DNA from: a bacterium
Lineage (GTDB): Bacteria; UBA8248
Length of the DNA stretch: 64,000 nucleotides
Assembly: GCA_965221165.1 (NCBI GenBank)
Contig: CBDCRP010000002.1
Coordinates: 224,001 to 288,000, forward strand
Reading direction: 5' to 3'
Shown here in pieces: positions 50,326-61,815 of this stretch. Position numbers and translations under genes: made by a program. The notes beneath the pieces were generated by a model. It ran no database searches and was not told the origin of the DNA. It saw nothing but the letters and a program-made list of their open reading frames with translations. Every line of letters begins with the position of its first letter. The first letter of the stretch is position 1.

Positions 50326-51684
50326 ATGTGCAATATGACCATGATACAAATTTCAAGGAAAAAATATCTTTTTCTTTTAGCTTTAGTCTGCATCTTCACC
50401 TTCTCTCCATATGAAAATATAGCTGAAGGCGAAAAAACTCTCGCCACCCACCAAACACTCACCGCCTTCGTATCAAGCAGAACGAAATGGCTGTTGACAG
50501 CACCCACCGAAAAAGGATCGAACAAGAGAAAAACCATTCTCCTCGCCTTTACGATGGACGGTGACTTCCATCCCATAACCTTCAAGGAAACAAGCGGGAT
50601 TTTTCATGTACATGTACAAGATCACCCCACCCCTTCCGATCTATCCGCCAATGTTCCACCTACTCAACTGCCGGATGGAAGCTTCGTCGGTGCAGGGGAA
50701 AGCGGAATGTTCATCAATGTCGACACCATTGAGCGTCGTTGGCTGTTCGTCTGGCCTAGCATTCGTCCTTCCACCTTGTCGAAGCCCGCTGTATTAGGCC
50801 AAGGAGATGTAGCGATGGTGGGCGTGGATGGCTCCATACTTTTATTTCAAAAAATAGCGGGAAAATGGCTCCAAACCCAACTCATTGAAGCGAAGACGGC
50901 AAGAGTACTGCCAGACGCTATCTTAACGACAGCCGATCTGGACGGAGATGGAAGAAAAGAACTCATCGTACCCGCTGTCCCATCCAAACATTATGGACAT
51001 GCCGTGCTCGGCGACGACATGGAACCCACTGAAATTCACGCATATCGATTCAATGAAAAATCCCTCGAACTGATAGCCAAATATACAGCAGGTGGAAACG
51101 GTGTTTTTGAAACCATTGGTGCACTCACTTCAGATTTGGACAGAGATGGGAAACAAGAAATTCTCGTTACCAGAAGCGATAACGACGGTGGGGCAGCTCA
51201 TCTCGTTTTGGGAATGAGGGACAACAAATTTGCCCTCAAGGCCCGAGGCGGCGCAATTGGCACCGGGAACCGCTGGTCGCATCTGCTGGGCGCATTCAAC
51301 ATTGATGGCGATGCTCCGAAAGTTCTAGCTATTGAAACACCACACCTGGCGGGTTTTTTGTTAGCGCTGCGTCTTAGTGGCAAACGACTCCGTGAGCGAG
51401 CACGCAAGGCCGGTTTCACCACGCATGCGATTGGTTCTCGAAATATTTGGGAGTTCGCCTTGTTAAGGCGCCGCGGCATTGTGGAAGTAGTAGTACAACA
51501 AATCGGTCGGCGGCATTTGAGCGCGCTCGCGCTCTTTGGTAATCGCTGGCATTCCCGATGGTCGCACCCGATACCCTCACCTATTCGCTCTAACATGCTC
51601 GTGGCGGATTTCAACCATGACGGGAAAGACGACATCGCGTTCGTCGATCAATCCGGCCTCGTGCACATCTACTTATCGAAATAA
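50326..51684 (+). CDS. Secreted FG-GAP/VCBS-like repeat protein
   Basis: Signal peptide; DLDGDGRKE, DLDRDGKQE and DFNHDGKDD loops; YGHAVLGD motif. Confidence 0.75.
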   Translation: MCNMTMIQISRKKYLFLLALVCIFTFSPYENIAEGEKTLATHQTLTAFVSSRTKWLLTAPTEKGSNKRKTILLAFTMDGDFHPITFKETSGIFHVHVQDHPTPSDLSANVPPTQLPDGSFVGAGESGMFINVDTIERRWLFVWPSIRPSTLSKPAVLGQGDVAMVGVDGSILLFQKIAGKWLQTQLIEAKTARVLPDAILTTADLDGDGRKELIVPAVPSKHYGHAVLGDDMEPTEIHAYRFNEKSLELIAKYTAGGNGVFETIGALTSDLDRDGKQEILVTRSDNDGGAAHLVLGMRDNKFALKARGGAIGTGNRWSHLLGAFNIDGDAPKVLAIETPHLAGFLLALRLSGKRLRERARKAGFTTHAIGSRNIWEFALLRRRGIVEVVVQQIGRRHLSALALFGNRWHSRWSHPIPSPIRSNMLVADFNHDGKDDIAFVDQSGLVHIYLSK

Positions 51685-51775
51685 ACCATTATCGGCTAAA
51701 TGAGTACAAGCCTCGATTCGGGTAGTCGAATCTTCTACTTCCGGAGACTAACATTTGTAGAGCAGCGCACGGCCT

Positions 51776-53092
<1,317 letters not shown>

Positions 53093-53259
53093 CTATCTTC
53101 ATGACCCTGCCTCTCAAGGTCGCATAGGGTAGCCCATCTTGCACGCAGGATGAAAGGTGGGAATGAGTTTTTTCGCTCTCATTCAATTTGATCTTTGAAA
53201 CACCGGATGATATCGCAATAGAAACTCTGTCCATTTCGAAAAATCAAAAGGAACGTTGA

Positions 53260-54474
53260 GTGATGCCACTGACGAACGTACGTGTATTAGACCTAAGCCG
53301 CTTGCTTCCCGGCGGGCAATGCACCTTGATGCTTGCCGATATGGGAGCGGATGTAATCAAAGTAGAAGAGCCGAGTCGCGGCGACTACATCCGCCTCGCA
53401 TCCCCTTTTGATGAACATGGCGTATCCCCTCTTCACCTTTGCTACAACCGCAACAAGCGCTCTTTGGCTCTGGACCTTAAAAATGAAGGCGGCGTATCTG
53501 CACTCCTCAAATTGGTGAAAAAAACAGACGTGCTTGTCGATAGCTTCCGGCCCAGGGTAATGGAACGCCTCGGCATTGGGTATCAAAAACTCAAACAAGA
53601 AAATCCAGCTCTTGTCCATTGCTCCATCACTGGATATGGACAAGAAGGACCACTGGCGCAAACTCCGGGACATGACTTGAACTTCCAGGCTCTAGGCGGC
53701 GTCGTAGAACTCACCGGCGCTGCTGGGGGTTCTCCGTATGTGCCCGGGGTGCTCATTGGGGATGTGGGAGCCGGTATGTGGGCGGCTTTCGCTATACTCG
53801 CGGCCTTGCGCCTCGCCGAACGAACAGGCATTGGGCAATTCATCGATATGTCGATGCTCAATGCGGTGATTGGCTTTTTATCCATCCATGGGCAAACGTA
53901 TCTTTCGACGGGTCTATGTCCAGGGCGTGAGGAGATGCGACACAACGGTAGAAGGCCATGCTATCGGCTTTATCCCACAAAAGATGGTCGGATGCTTTCC
54001 GTCGCGTGCTCGGAGCCGAAATTTTGGGTAAATTTATGCAAGCTCATAGAGCACGATGATTTTTATGATGATTATGGCGCCAGAGGCGAGCGCCGTACAG
54101 AGGTGATTCAATCGCTCAACAAAACTTTTCGAAAAAAAACGCTCGAGGAATGGACTGCGTTTTTTGATGGAGAGGATGTATGCGTGAGTCCGGCGCTTAA
54201 CATGCACGAAAGTTTCGGACACACACAGGTGAATGCGAGTGGGTTTGTGAGGGAATATCAACATCCCGTCAAGGGAACATATCCAGGCACGCGCCTAGCG
54301 CCCAAATTCTCGGACCTACCGATAAGAGACTCACTTCCTCCGCCCCGATTGGGAGAACATTCGGTTGAGATATTAAAAGAATATGGGTTTCAAGATAAAG
54401 AAATCGAAAGTCTGCTGGAATCCGGTGCCTCCCACGAAGGAGCCGACCCCGTGGGTGAAACCATCAGCGAATGA
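53260..54474 (+). CDS. CoA-transferase family III (CaiB/BaiF)
   Basis: LADMGADVIKVE, NRNKRS, TGYGQ.GP, GHDLN and catalytic Asp in IGDVGAG. Confidence 0.93.
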   Translation: MMPLTNVRVLDLSRLLPGGQCTLMLADMGADVIKVEEPSRGDYIRLASPFDEHGVSPLHLCYNRNKRSLALDLKNEGGVSALLKLVKKTDVLVDSFRPRVMERLGIGYQKLKQENPALVHCSITGYGQEGPLAQTPGHDLNFQALGGVVELTGAAGGSPYVPGVLIGDVGAGMWAAFAILAALRLAERTGIGQFIDMSMLNAVIGFLSIHGQTYLSTGLCPGREEMRHNGRRPCYRLYPTKDGRMLSVACSEPKFWVNLCKLIEHDDFYDDYGARGERRTEVIQSLNKTFRKKTLEEWTAFFDGEDVCVSPALNMHESFGHTQVNASGFVREYQHPVKGTYPGTRLAPKFSDLPIRDSLPPPRLGEHSVEILKEYGFQDKEIESLLESGASHEGADPVGETISE

Positions 54475-54571
54475 AGCCATCTCAATAGCATAAAAAACGC
54501 AAAATGACTTGATGTTCATTCAGGGGAGTATAGCAAGGGAACCCGGGTTAGTGGAACGAGATGAATTTTTT

Positions 54572-55036
54572 TTATTCAGTATTGCCGCGCCCTTCCAGTT
54601 TTTCTAATTCCGCCTCAAAATCTTTGAGGGTCCTAAATGAGCGATAGACCGATGCGAAGCGCACATAGGCCACCTCATCCACTTCCCTCAACTCTCCCAT
54701 AAGTTTTTCTCCTATAGCTTTTGTCGATATCTCTTTCTCACCACTATCAAGAATATAACGCTCCACTCGGTCGACAATCGCTTCTTGATCTTCAGCAGAA
54801 ACAGGCCTTTTCTCTAGCGCCTTCTTGATACCTAAGCTGATCTTGTCGCGAAGATAATTCACGCGTGTACCATCTTTTTTAACAATGAGCGGCCAAAAAA
54901 CTTCTGCCCTCTCGTAAGTCGTGAAGCGGTGAGCGCATTTCTCGCATTCACGTCTTCTGCGAATCGAGTTGCCTTCCTTGGTCGTTCGGCTGTCGACTAC
55001 CTTGCTCTCAGAATGGCTACAAATCGGACATTTCAT
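54572..55036 (-). CDS. nrdR: Transcriptional repressor NrdR
   Basis: [21 protein letters not shown] and [10 protein letters not shown] motifs. Confidence 0.98.
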   Translation of the reverse strand: MKCPICSHSESKVVDSRTTKEGNSIRRRRECEKCAHRFTTYERAEVFWPLIVKKDGTRVNYLRDKISLGIKKALEKRPVSAEDQEAIVDRVERYILDSGEKEISTKAIGEKLMGELREVDEVAYVRFASVYRSFRTLKDFEAELEKLEGRGNTE

Positions 55037-55063
55037 AAGAAATCAGCCTGGACGGTAGAATCA

Positions 55064-55522
55064 TCAGGGCATCGGCTGGAGTTCATCTTCAATATCGGTA
55101 ATCTTACCTAAACGGCGAGAGTGACGGCCGCCTTCAAACTCTGTTTCCAGCCAAATGGCTAAAATTTTCTTTGCCTCTTCGAAGCTCACTATTCGGCCTC
55201 CCAAGGCCAAAATATTAGCATCATTATGCAGGCGGCTCATCCTCGCCGTCCATTCATTGTAGCACGCAACAGCGCGAACACCCGGAAATTTATTAGCTAC
55301 GATGACCATACCCGCGGCCGAACCACAACAGAAAATTCCCCGCTCACACGCACCCTCGCTAACCGAGCGAGCAGCGGGTTCGGCATAATCCGGGTAATCA
55401 CAGGATTCAAGCGAGTTCGTTCCAAAATCATGGTATGGAATTGCTCTATCGTTGAGCAGTTGTTTTACTGTTTCTTTTAGTGCATATCCTCCGTGATCAG
55501 CTGCAAGAGCTATTTGATTCAT
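55064..55522 (-). CDS. rpiB: Ribose 5-phosphate isomerase B
   Basis: ADHGG, DYPD, HNDANIL and FEGGRH motifs. Confidence 0.95.
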   Translation of the reverse strand: MNQIALAADHGGYALKETVKQLLNDRAIPYHDFGTNSLESCDYPDYAEPAARSVSEGACERGIFCCGSAAGMVIVANKFPGVRAVACYNEWTARMSRLHNDANILALGGRIVSFEEAKKILAIWLETEFEGGRHSRRLGKITDIEDELQPMP

Positions 55523-55568
55523 CGGGGATTCTCCGGGCAATGTATGTTGGCAGGTTACAACTTCTCAA

Positions 55569-55597
55569 AAACTAGGCTGTAGAAAATCATAAGTCAA
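55569..55597 (-). promoter_or_regulatory. Putative sigma70 promoter of rpiB-nrdR
   Basis: TTGACT-17 nt-TAGTTT on the minus strand. Confidence 0.45.
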
Positions 55598-55718
55598 GCA
55601 ATCGCTCATTTATTTCGCCATTTCAGGTTCTTGAAGTTGTTGGATGAGACATCTCTTGAATGCCGACATATAAGTCCATTTTTCGTCGTAAGAACTCTTC
55701 TTTCCTCACCAGAAAACA

Positions 55719-56996
55719 TCAATATGGCTTCAACTCTGTCCCAGAAATTGATTTCCCCAAAAGAATCCTTGATGCCTCTTGCGCAATTTTCTTAAATTCA
55801 TTTTCCGCGGCCAACCTCTCTCCTTTTTCCTGCAAACATCGCGCCTCAATCAAATGGAGGGCTAGACGCACCCAAGAATCATCACCTTCTACAGAAACGG
55901 CCAAGGCAGATGCCTGCTCCACGCTTTTATCCACCTTTTCGATTTGGCCTGCTTCGAGCATCAACGCTGCGTGTAGCACATGATGATAAATATCTTTCTC
56001 CCTGAGCTTTCCTGCAGATTGAACATTGGCAGCGGCTTTTTTTATCGCGCTTTGTGATTCCAGAGGCCCCAATGCCGATACCACCCTTTGCAAAAACTCC
56101 AAACCCCCCAAAGTCTGGTAGCCATTTTCCCAAGTGCGTAAAGCACGCCTTTCGCGGCCTGCCGCCAGTTGTGCATCACCTAACAAAAGAAATGCCTTTT
56201 TCTCCGTAGCCAGACGACGCAAGGCTTGTTCCAGAAAAGAAATAGCTACCTCAGGACGAGAATTATTTAATTTCGCTTGCCCTACCGCTAGATATGCGCG
56301 GCCCGCGACATGGTTATCCGCTTGCCGATCAAAATCAGACGCTCCTGATTGTGAGAGTTTCTCACAAACCTCGACAGCAGCTTCGATACGGCCATTTTCC
56401 AAGTACATATCTCTGAGTTTTCGTAACATCAATGGACTCGCGGCTCTGCCCGCGCTGTTTTGAGCAAGAAGCTCGATCGCTTCTTGGACCTTACCAGAAT
56501 GAGCGAGGGTCTCCGACAAGCGGATAATAGAATCAGGTGAGTTGTTCGTAACAGTGCGAAGGCGCTCATTCCATTGAATGGCGTCATCCGGATTGCCAGA
56601 ATCGATTGCCAGATCTGCGGCCAGCCTCAAAGCAGGAATAAAGCGGGGATCATCCTTGAGGGCACGCCTAAGTTCTCTTCGTGCACGCCTTCTTTTGCCT
56701 TGAATTCCAAGACTCTGCGCCCGTGCAAATCGTTCCTGGGCGCGATTCAAACGTTTTTGTTTTTTAGCGATCTTCTTGCGCGAAAACCAACCGAGAGCAG
56801 CCTCACCCCACCCTAGAATAGAGGCAAAAAACGAACCAATAAGAGCCGCTCCCAATGCAACTAAGGCTAAAGGGACTCGCACAGACCAAGCATCCGTGAG
56901 ACGGAGGTCTACTATTTCTCGGTTGTAATGAAGAAAATAAACAGCGGCTACAAGTGGAGCCGCAAGGATGAAAAGAGTCCGAATCCTCATTCGCAA
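55719..56996 (-). CDS. LapA-like N-terminus fused to LapB-like TPR protein
   Basis: Two N-terminal TM segments with N..V.L...W....PL pattern, followed by TPRs. Confidence 0.6.
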   Translation of the reverse strand: MRMRIRTLFILAAPLVAAVYFLHYNREIVDLRLTDAWSVRVPLALVALGAALIGSFFASILGWGEAALGWFSRKKIAKKQKRLNRAQERFARAQSLGIQGKRRRARRELRRALKDDPRFIPALRLAADLAIDSGNPDDAIQWNERLRTVTNNSPDSIIRLSETLAHSGKVQEAIELLAQNSAGRAASPLMLRKLRDMYLENGRIEAAVEVCEKLSQSGASDFDRQADNHVAGRAYLAVGQAKLNNSRPEVAISFLEQALRRLATEKKAFLLLGDAQLAAGRERRALRTWENGYQTLGGLEFLQRVVSALGPLESQSAIKKAAANVQSAGKLREKDIYHHVLHAALMLEAGQIEKVDKSVEQASALAVSVEGDDSWVRLALHLIEARCLQEKGERLAAENEFKKIAQEASRILLGKSISGTELKPY

Positions 56997-57011
56997 CTCA
57001 CTGCCTGGTAT

Positions 57012-57389
57012 CTAACTACCGCCGCGTCTTTCAATCTCATTTTGAGCCGCCACTGTATAACGCGCATAGGGAATCGCTTCCAAGCGGGAATAGGGAATCG
57101 GCTCATCCGATTCCTCACAAATACCATAAAGTCCCTCTTCTATCCTCTGAAATGCCGCCTCCACTTCACGTAAACGCTCCCGTTCTCTTTCTCCCAAGTC
57201 CATCAACACTTGGCGCGAATAGGTATCGGCAGCCATGTCCGCAATGTCTTGAGTCCCATCATCACCTATTTCCTTGGTGTGCACCTTGCTTTTCTCTACA
57301 TCCCCAAGTATTTCCCGGCGCACTTCATTCAATCTTTCTTCTAAGCCCCTTAATTGTTTTTTAGTCAGATGCTTCACGTTGAACCTCAA
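57012..57389 (-). CDS. dksA: DksA/TraR family RNA polymerase-binding protein
   Basis: DIADMA coiled-coil tip and YGIC...EPIP..RLEAIPYA motif. Confidence 0.85.
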   Translation of the reverse strand: MRFNVKHLTKKQLRGLEERLNEVRREILGDVEKSKVHTKEIGDDGTQDIADMAADTYSRQVLMDLGERERERLREVEAAFQRIEEGLYGICEESDEPIPYSRLEAIPYARYTVAAQNEIERRGGS

Positions 57390-57405
57390 CTTTCATTCTT
57401 ATGGC

Positions 57406-57762
57406 CTAGGCACTAGGTACCATTGGCTTGATGAGGGATGCGTGTGACCATAAATCTTCTAGTCGGTAAAAATCTCGGCTCTTTTCGTTGAATATGTGGA
57501 CAAGAAAATCGCCACAATCCATCAACACCCAATTTCCTTCTTCTAATCCTTCTGTAGACAATACTGTATCGCCAATTTTCCTAAGTTTTTCCTTTGCCAC
57601 CTCGCAAAGCGCCTTTACATGCCGGAGACTAGTCCCGTGACAAATCAAAAAAGCATCCACCTCCACCGAGAGCGGCCGAAGGTCCAAAAACACTATATCC
57701 ATCGCTTTTTTCGCTTCCAGTGATTCCTGGAGAGCATGAAGCCGATTCTCTAGTTTCTCGAT
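57406..57762 (-). CDS. rsfS: Ribosome silencing factor (start uncertain; first ATG at 57702)
   Basis: KKA.DI..LD, WVLMD.GD..VHIF and R.FY.LE.LW motifs; follows nadD. Confidence 0.92.
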   Translation of the reverse strand: MEKLENRLHALQESLEAKKAMDIVFLDLRPLSVEVDAFLICHGTSLRHVKALCEVAKEKLRKIGDTVLSTEGLEEGNWVLMDCGDFLVHIFNEKSRDFYRLEDLWSHASLIKPMVPSA

Positions 57763-57783
57763 GAGTCTCCATCCCCCAAATCG

Positions 57784-58461
57784 CTAGGAAACGATGCCCG
57801 GATGCCCATATAATCGGCGGCGAATTATAAAGAGTTCGACCTCACGTGGCAATAAATATCGTATGGAGGAGGACCCTTTTATGTGCTCTCTGATCCGGGT
57901 TGCCGAAATATCAACTTCATTGATCGGAATAAATTTTATGACTCGCTTTTTCGCAGTAAATTTCATTTCATTTCCTGATTCACCGCTTATGCAGTAGTCT
58001 GGTTCAATTTCTTGAATCACGTGAAGAAGCGATTTGAAATGCTCTTGAGAATTTTGATTCCCTCTCAAAGTAACAGCAAAATTGATGGTACTTAACACTT
58101 CTCTGGGCCTGTGCCATGTGTTCAAATCAAGAAACGCATCCGCGCCGATAATGAAAAACATCTCACCATCATTAGACGTCCTTCTCGTTAGCTCTTCTAA
58201 TGTATCAAGCGTATAGGATGCCCCTCCCCGCTTCACTTCAATGGGATCACACACATAAGCGGGATAATCCTTTAAAGCAATACGAACCATTTCCAGCCTA
58301 TCCGCCGCTGAGGCGACTTCATCTTTCGGCTTATGAGGCGGCAAAGCAGATGGAACGAACCTAATTTCATCAAGCATCAACGTTTTGTGCACCTCTTCGG
58401 CAGATCGAAGGTGCCCAAAATGAATCGGGTTAAATGTTCCACCTAGAATCCCGATACGCAA
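57784..58461 (-). CDS. nadD: Nicotinate-nucleotide adenylyltransferase
   Basis: GGTFNPIHFGH, PPHK, SYT.DT, IIGAD and ISAT.IR motifs. Confidence 0.97.
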   Translation of the reverse strand: MRIGILGGTFNPIHFGHLRSAEEVHKTLMLDEIRFVPSALPPHKPKDEVASAADRLEMVRIALKDYPAYVCDPIEVKRGGASYTLDTLEELTRRTSNDGEMFFIIGADAFLDLNTWHRPREVLSTINFAVTLRGNQNSQEHFKSLLHVIQEIEPDYCISGESGNEMKFTAKKRVIKFIPINEVDISATRIREHIKGSSSIRYLLPREVELFIIRRRLYGHPGIVS

Positions 58462-58488
58462 TCGCTCTCCTTGGTTTCTTCTTGATAA

Positions 58489-59634
58489 TTATTCAATTAA
58501 AACAAAATTGTTTCGGTGAACAATCTCATCGTAGCCCTTTTCTCCGAGAATAGAGGCGATTTCCTTAGTTTGCTTTCCCGCGATTCGGGCCGCATCGTCA
58601 CTTGAATAATTCGCTAGGCCACGGCCAAGAGCCATCCCCTGAGTATCTCGTATCTCCACCACATCACCAAAACGAAAATTCCCTCCAACCGATACGACAC
58701 CACTAGGTAAGAGGCTTTTCCCTCTGTTCACCATAGCGTTTACGGCACCAACATCGAGCTTCAGCCACCCACGGGGCTTAGCCGTGATGCCTATCCAGCC
58801 TTTTTTCCCTTTTAAGCGCGCACCATCAGGTATAAAAAGCGTCCCTAACGGTTCACCCGTCAATACACGTTCTATGATGTTGGGGTCCCGTCCTTTCACG
58901 ATGAGGGTGCTAACCCCTACTTTATTGAGAATCTCGACTGCTTGAATCTTCGTGCGCATTCCCCCATGTGCAAGGGGGTTCGGGCTGGTACCCGCGATCG
59001 ATGAAATTTTTCTGGACAGGCCCTCGACACGGGGAATCAAACGCGCCGTCATTGATTTCCTGGGATCCTCATCATACAAGCCCGCTACATCCGATAAGAT
59101 AATGACGAGCCCTGCTTGAACCATTTGGGCTGTCTGGGCAGCTAGCATATCGTTGTCTCCAAAACGGATTTCTTCAACCGAAACAGTATCGTTTTCGTTC
59201 ACAATCGGGAGTACATCCTTGCCGAGCAATGTCTCAAAAGTGTTACAAGCGTTTAGGAATCGGCTTCTCTCGTCCAAATCTGAATGAATGAGCAACACTT
59301 GCGCCGTCTCAATACCTCTGTGCCTGAATGCGCGGCCATATGCTTCCATCAAGATGGGTTGGCCAACGGCAGCGACCGCTTGGCGCTCAGGAACCGCTTT
59401 GGGAATTCCTTTCAGACCCAGCCTTTTCACACCGGCCGCTATGGCTCCAGATGAAACCATGACGACTTGCCGACCCTCTTCTCTGAGTTTTGCGACTTGG
59501 GAAGCGATACGCCCCAGAACTCTATGATTCACGCCCAATTCATTAGATGCCGTCAAAACCGAACTCCCCACTTTGACCACAAGGCGTCGGCTCTTGAGCG
59601 CAGAGTCATTTCTTCTTGTCATCACCCCACTCAT
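58489..59634 (-). CDS. proB: Glutamate 5-kinase
   Basis: VVKVGSS, VSSGAIAAG, NENDTV..FGDND and GGMRTK motifs; PUA domain. Confidence 0.98.
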   Translation of the reverse strand: MSGVMTRRNDSALKSRRLVVKVGSSVLTASNELGVNHRVLGRIASQVAKLREEGRQVVMVSSGAIAAGVKRLGLKGIPKAVPERQAVAAVGQPILMEAYGRAFRHRGIETAQVLLIHSDLDERSRFLNACNTFETLLGKDVLPIVNENDTVSVEEIRFGDNDMLAAQTAQMVQAGLVIILSDVAGLYDEDPRKSMTARLIPRVEGLSRKISSIAGTSPNPLAHGGMRTKIQAVEILNKVGVSTLIVKGRDPNIIERVLTGEPLGTLFIPDGARLKGKKGWIGITAKPRGWLKLDVGAVNAMVNRGKSLLPSGVVSVGGNFRFGDVVEIRDTQGMALGRGLANYSSDDAARIAGKQTKEIASILGEKGYDEIVHRNNFVLIE

Positions 59635-60674
59635 GATTTATCTGTTCGCATAGTTGGAATGACATCGTTTTCGAGTTGTCTCGTCTGCCTGAGCATTTGA
59701 GATATTTTTTCTAATAATTCGCCTATGCCAAGGCCCGAAACTGCTGAGATGCCATGGACTTCTACACCTCGTTCCATGATCCCCTCACGCAGTTTCAAAG
59801 AATGCTCCCTTGATTCGGTAACATCCATTTTTGTCAAAATGGCCATTCGATGTTTCCTCGCAAGAACAGACGAAAACTTGGATAATTCATAAGCCAAAGC
59901 ATCAAAATCCGAGAGTCCTCGTTCAGGGGGTAAGGACGCATCGATTAAGTGAAGCAACAACTTACAGCGCTCCACGTGCCGCAAAAATTGCAGTCCCAAG
60001 CCCTTACCCTTACTAGCCCCTGGTATTAGGCCTGGGATATCAGCCACTACACATGAACAGTAATCGCTTAAACCCACCACACCCAGATTGGGTTGGAGCG
60101 TGGTGAACGGATAATCGGCAATCTTAGGTTTGCTCTCTGAAATTCTCGATATGAGGGTGGATTTCCCAGCATTGGGCATCCCGATTAGCCCAACATCCGC
60201 GAGTAATTTCAACTCCAACTCTAAGAGACTCTCTGCTCCAGCTTTTCCTTTTGTAGTCCTCCTTGGCGCTCGGTTTGTTGAACTTTTGAAATGCTCATTG
60301 CCGAATCCGCCTCGGCCCCCTTGCGCGATAATTACCTCCAGCCCCTCTTCTGATAGATCGGCAATGAATTCCCCTGTTTCAGAGTCACGAACGATGGTTC
60401 CGAGGGGTACTTCAAGCAACAAATCCTGCCCATCGGCCCCACATTTATTACTTCCCATACCTGCTTGGCCTTTTTCTGCTCTCGAAAGCGGTTGGTATCT
60501 AAAGTTTAGCAGCGTGTTCAAAGACGATGTTGCCTTGAAAACGATATGGCCGCCACGTCCTCCATTTCCCCCGTCAGGACCGCCTTTCGGCACAAACTTC
60601 TCCCTTCGGAAGCTGAGACAACCGTCTCCTCCACGGCCGGCCTGCACACGTATTTTAGCGGTATCAACAAACAT
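59631..60674 (-). CDS. obgE: GTPase Obg
   Basis: FRREKFVPKGGPDGG, G.PNAGKST, YPFTT and DIPG motifs. Confidence 0.99.
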   Translation of the reverse strand: MFVDTAKIRVQAGRGGDGCLSFRREKFVPKGGPDGGNGGRGGHIVFKATSSLNTLLNFRYQPLSRAEKGQAGMGSNKCGADGQDLLLEVPLGTIVRDSETGEFIADLSEEGLEVIIAQGGRGGFGNEHFKSSTNRAPRRTTKGKAGAESLLELELKLLADVGLIGMPNAGKSTLISRISESKPKIADYPFTTLQPNLGVVGLSDYCSCVVADIPGLIPGASKGKGLGLQFLRHVERCKLLLHLIDASLPPERGLSDFDALAYELSKFSSVLARKHRMAILTKMDVTESREHSLKLREGIMERGVEVHGISAVSGLGIGELLEKISQMLRQTRQLENDVIPTMRTDKS

Positions 60675-60703
60675 GGTAGGGGCGGAGCTTGCCCATTTGG
60701 AGA

Positions 60704-60961
60704 CTACTCCGCTGGAATGACACTAACAGTTCGGCGGCCCTTGGCTTTGCGCTCAAATTTCAATTTTCCACTTGCTTTGGCAAATAGGGTGTGGTCATTA
60801 CCTAGGCCGACATTTTCCCCCGGATGAAAGACGGTGCCGCGTTGCCTGACGAGGATGGTTCCTACATTCACACTTTCTCCCGCAAAACGCTTCACGCCTA
60901 AACGACGTCCAGCACTATCTCGTCCGTTGGATGAACTCCCGCCAGCTTTTTTATGCGCCAT
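60704..60961 (-). CDS. rpmA: 50S ribosomal protein L27
   Basis: [16 protein letters not shown] and ILVRQRGT motifs. Confidence 0.99.
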   Translation of the reverse strand: MAHKKAGGSSSNGRDSAGRRLGVKRFAGESVNVGTILVRQRGTVFHPGENVGLGNDHTLFAKASGKLKFERKAKGRRTVSVIPAE

Positions 60962-60973
60962 TTTCTAATCCTT

Positions 60974-61291
60974 TCACCCTGAGGCAAGGATGTCCGTGAC
61001 TTCTATTTGAGTATAAGGCTGCCTATGACCCCGTTTGGTGCGAACTTTTTTACGGCGCTTAAAGCGAAAAGCGATGACTTTTTTCCCACGTCCATGTTCA
61101 CGTATCACCGCTCTCACTTTAGCTTTCTCGAGCGCCCCTTTGTCCGCAACAACTTCTTCCCCATCTACAATGAGGCGAACATCCTCAAATTCGATACTTT
61201 CTCCGACGTTACCGGGTAAGCGCTCGACCAAGATATGATCTCCCGCCTCAATACGCATTTGCTTACCACCAGTTTCCACTACAGCATACAT
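60974..61291 (-). CDS. rplU: 50S ribosomal protein L21
   Basis: MYAVVETGGKQ and GHRQPYT motifs. Confidence 0.99.
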   Translation of the reverse strand: MYAVVETGGKQMRIEAGDHILVERLPGNVGESIEFEDVRLIVDGEEVVADKGALEKAKVRAVIREHGRGKKVIAFRFKRRKKVRTKRGHRQPYTQIEVTDILASG

Positions 61292-61443
61292 TCAAAAAAT
61301 CTCCTTGATACCCCATATGATGCTTTGGGCTTAGAAATCAATTATTTTCCCCGCTTTCGCCCGCAACGAGGAGGATATCTATCAATCCTGCATCAAAAAG
61401 TCAATTCAACGTCCGAAAAAATAGATGCCCCTCTTAATTGCTC

Positions 61444-61815
61444 TCAGTTCCTTTTCCTTTTTATCAAGCTAAACGTCACCCGCTCGGTACGAAACGATAC
61501 GGAGCGTCTCACAGGCAGATATCCCTTTTTTTGCACCGACACGGTAAAACCCTTAAAAATATCTTTCATGCCCACTTTGAATTTTAGGCGTAAAGGTGTT
61601 TTCCCTTGATAAACATCATCAATGAAAACATCGGCCTGTGGCGGATTCGACGTGACGACTAGTTGGCGATCCTTGAATCCTTTGATTGGAGCTTCAACAT
61701 TTCTCTCCCACCATTTCCCCATTTGTTTCTTGGTTTTGGCGCATCCCGACATCCCTGGGAGAAACAAGAAAAGAACGCCTAAAACTAGAATAAGGTGCGG
61801 AACAGGCTTTTTCAT
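61444..61815 (-). CDS. PEGA-domain lipoprotein
   Basis: Lipobox MSGC; VTSNPPQADVFIDD.Y.GKTP and KKGY motifs. Confidence 0.8.
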   Translation of the reverse strand: MKKPVPHLILVLGVLFLFLPGMSGCAKTKKQMGKWWERNVEAPIKGFKDRQLVVTSNPPQADVFIDDVYQGKTPLRLKFKVGMKDIFKGFTVSVQKKGYLPVRRSVSFRTERVTFSLIKRKRN

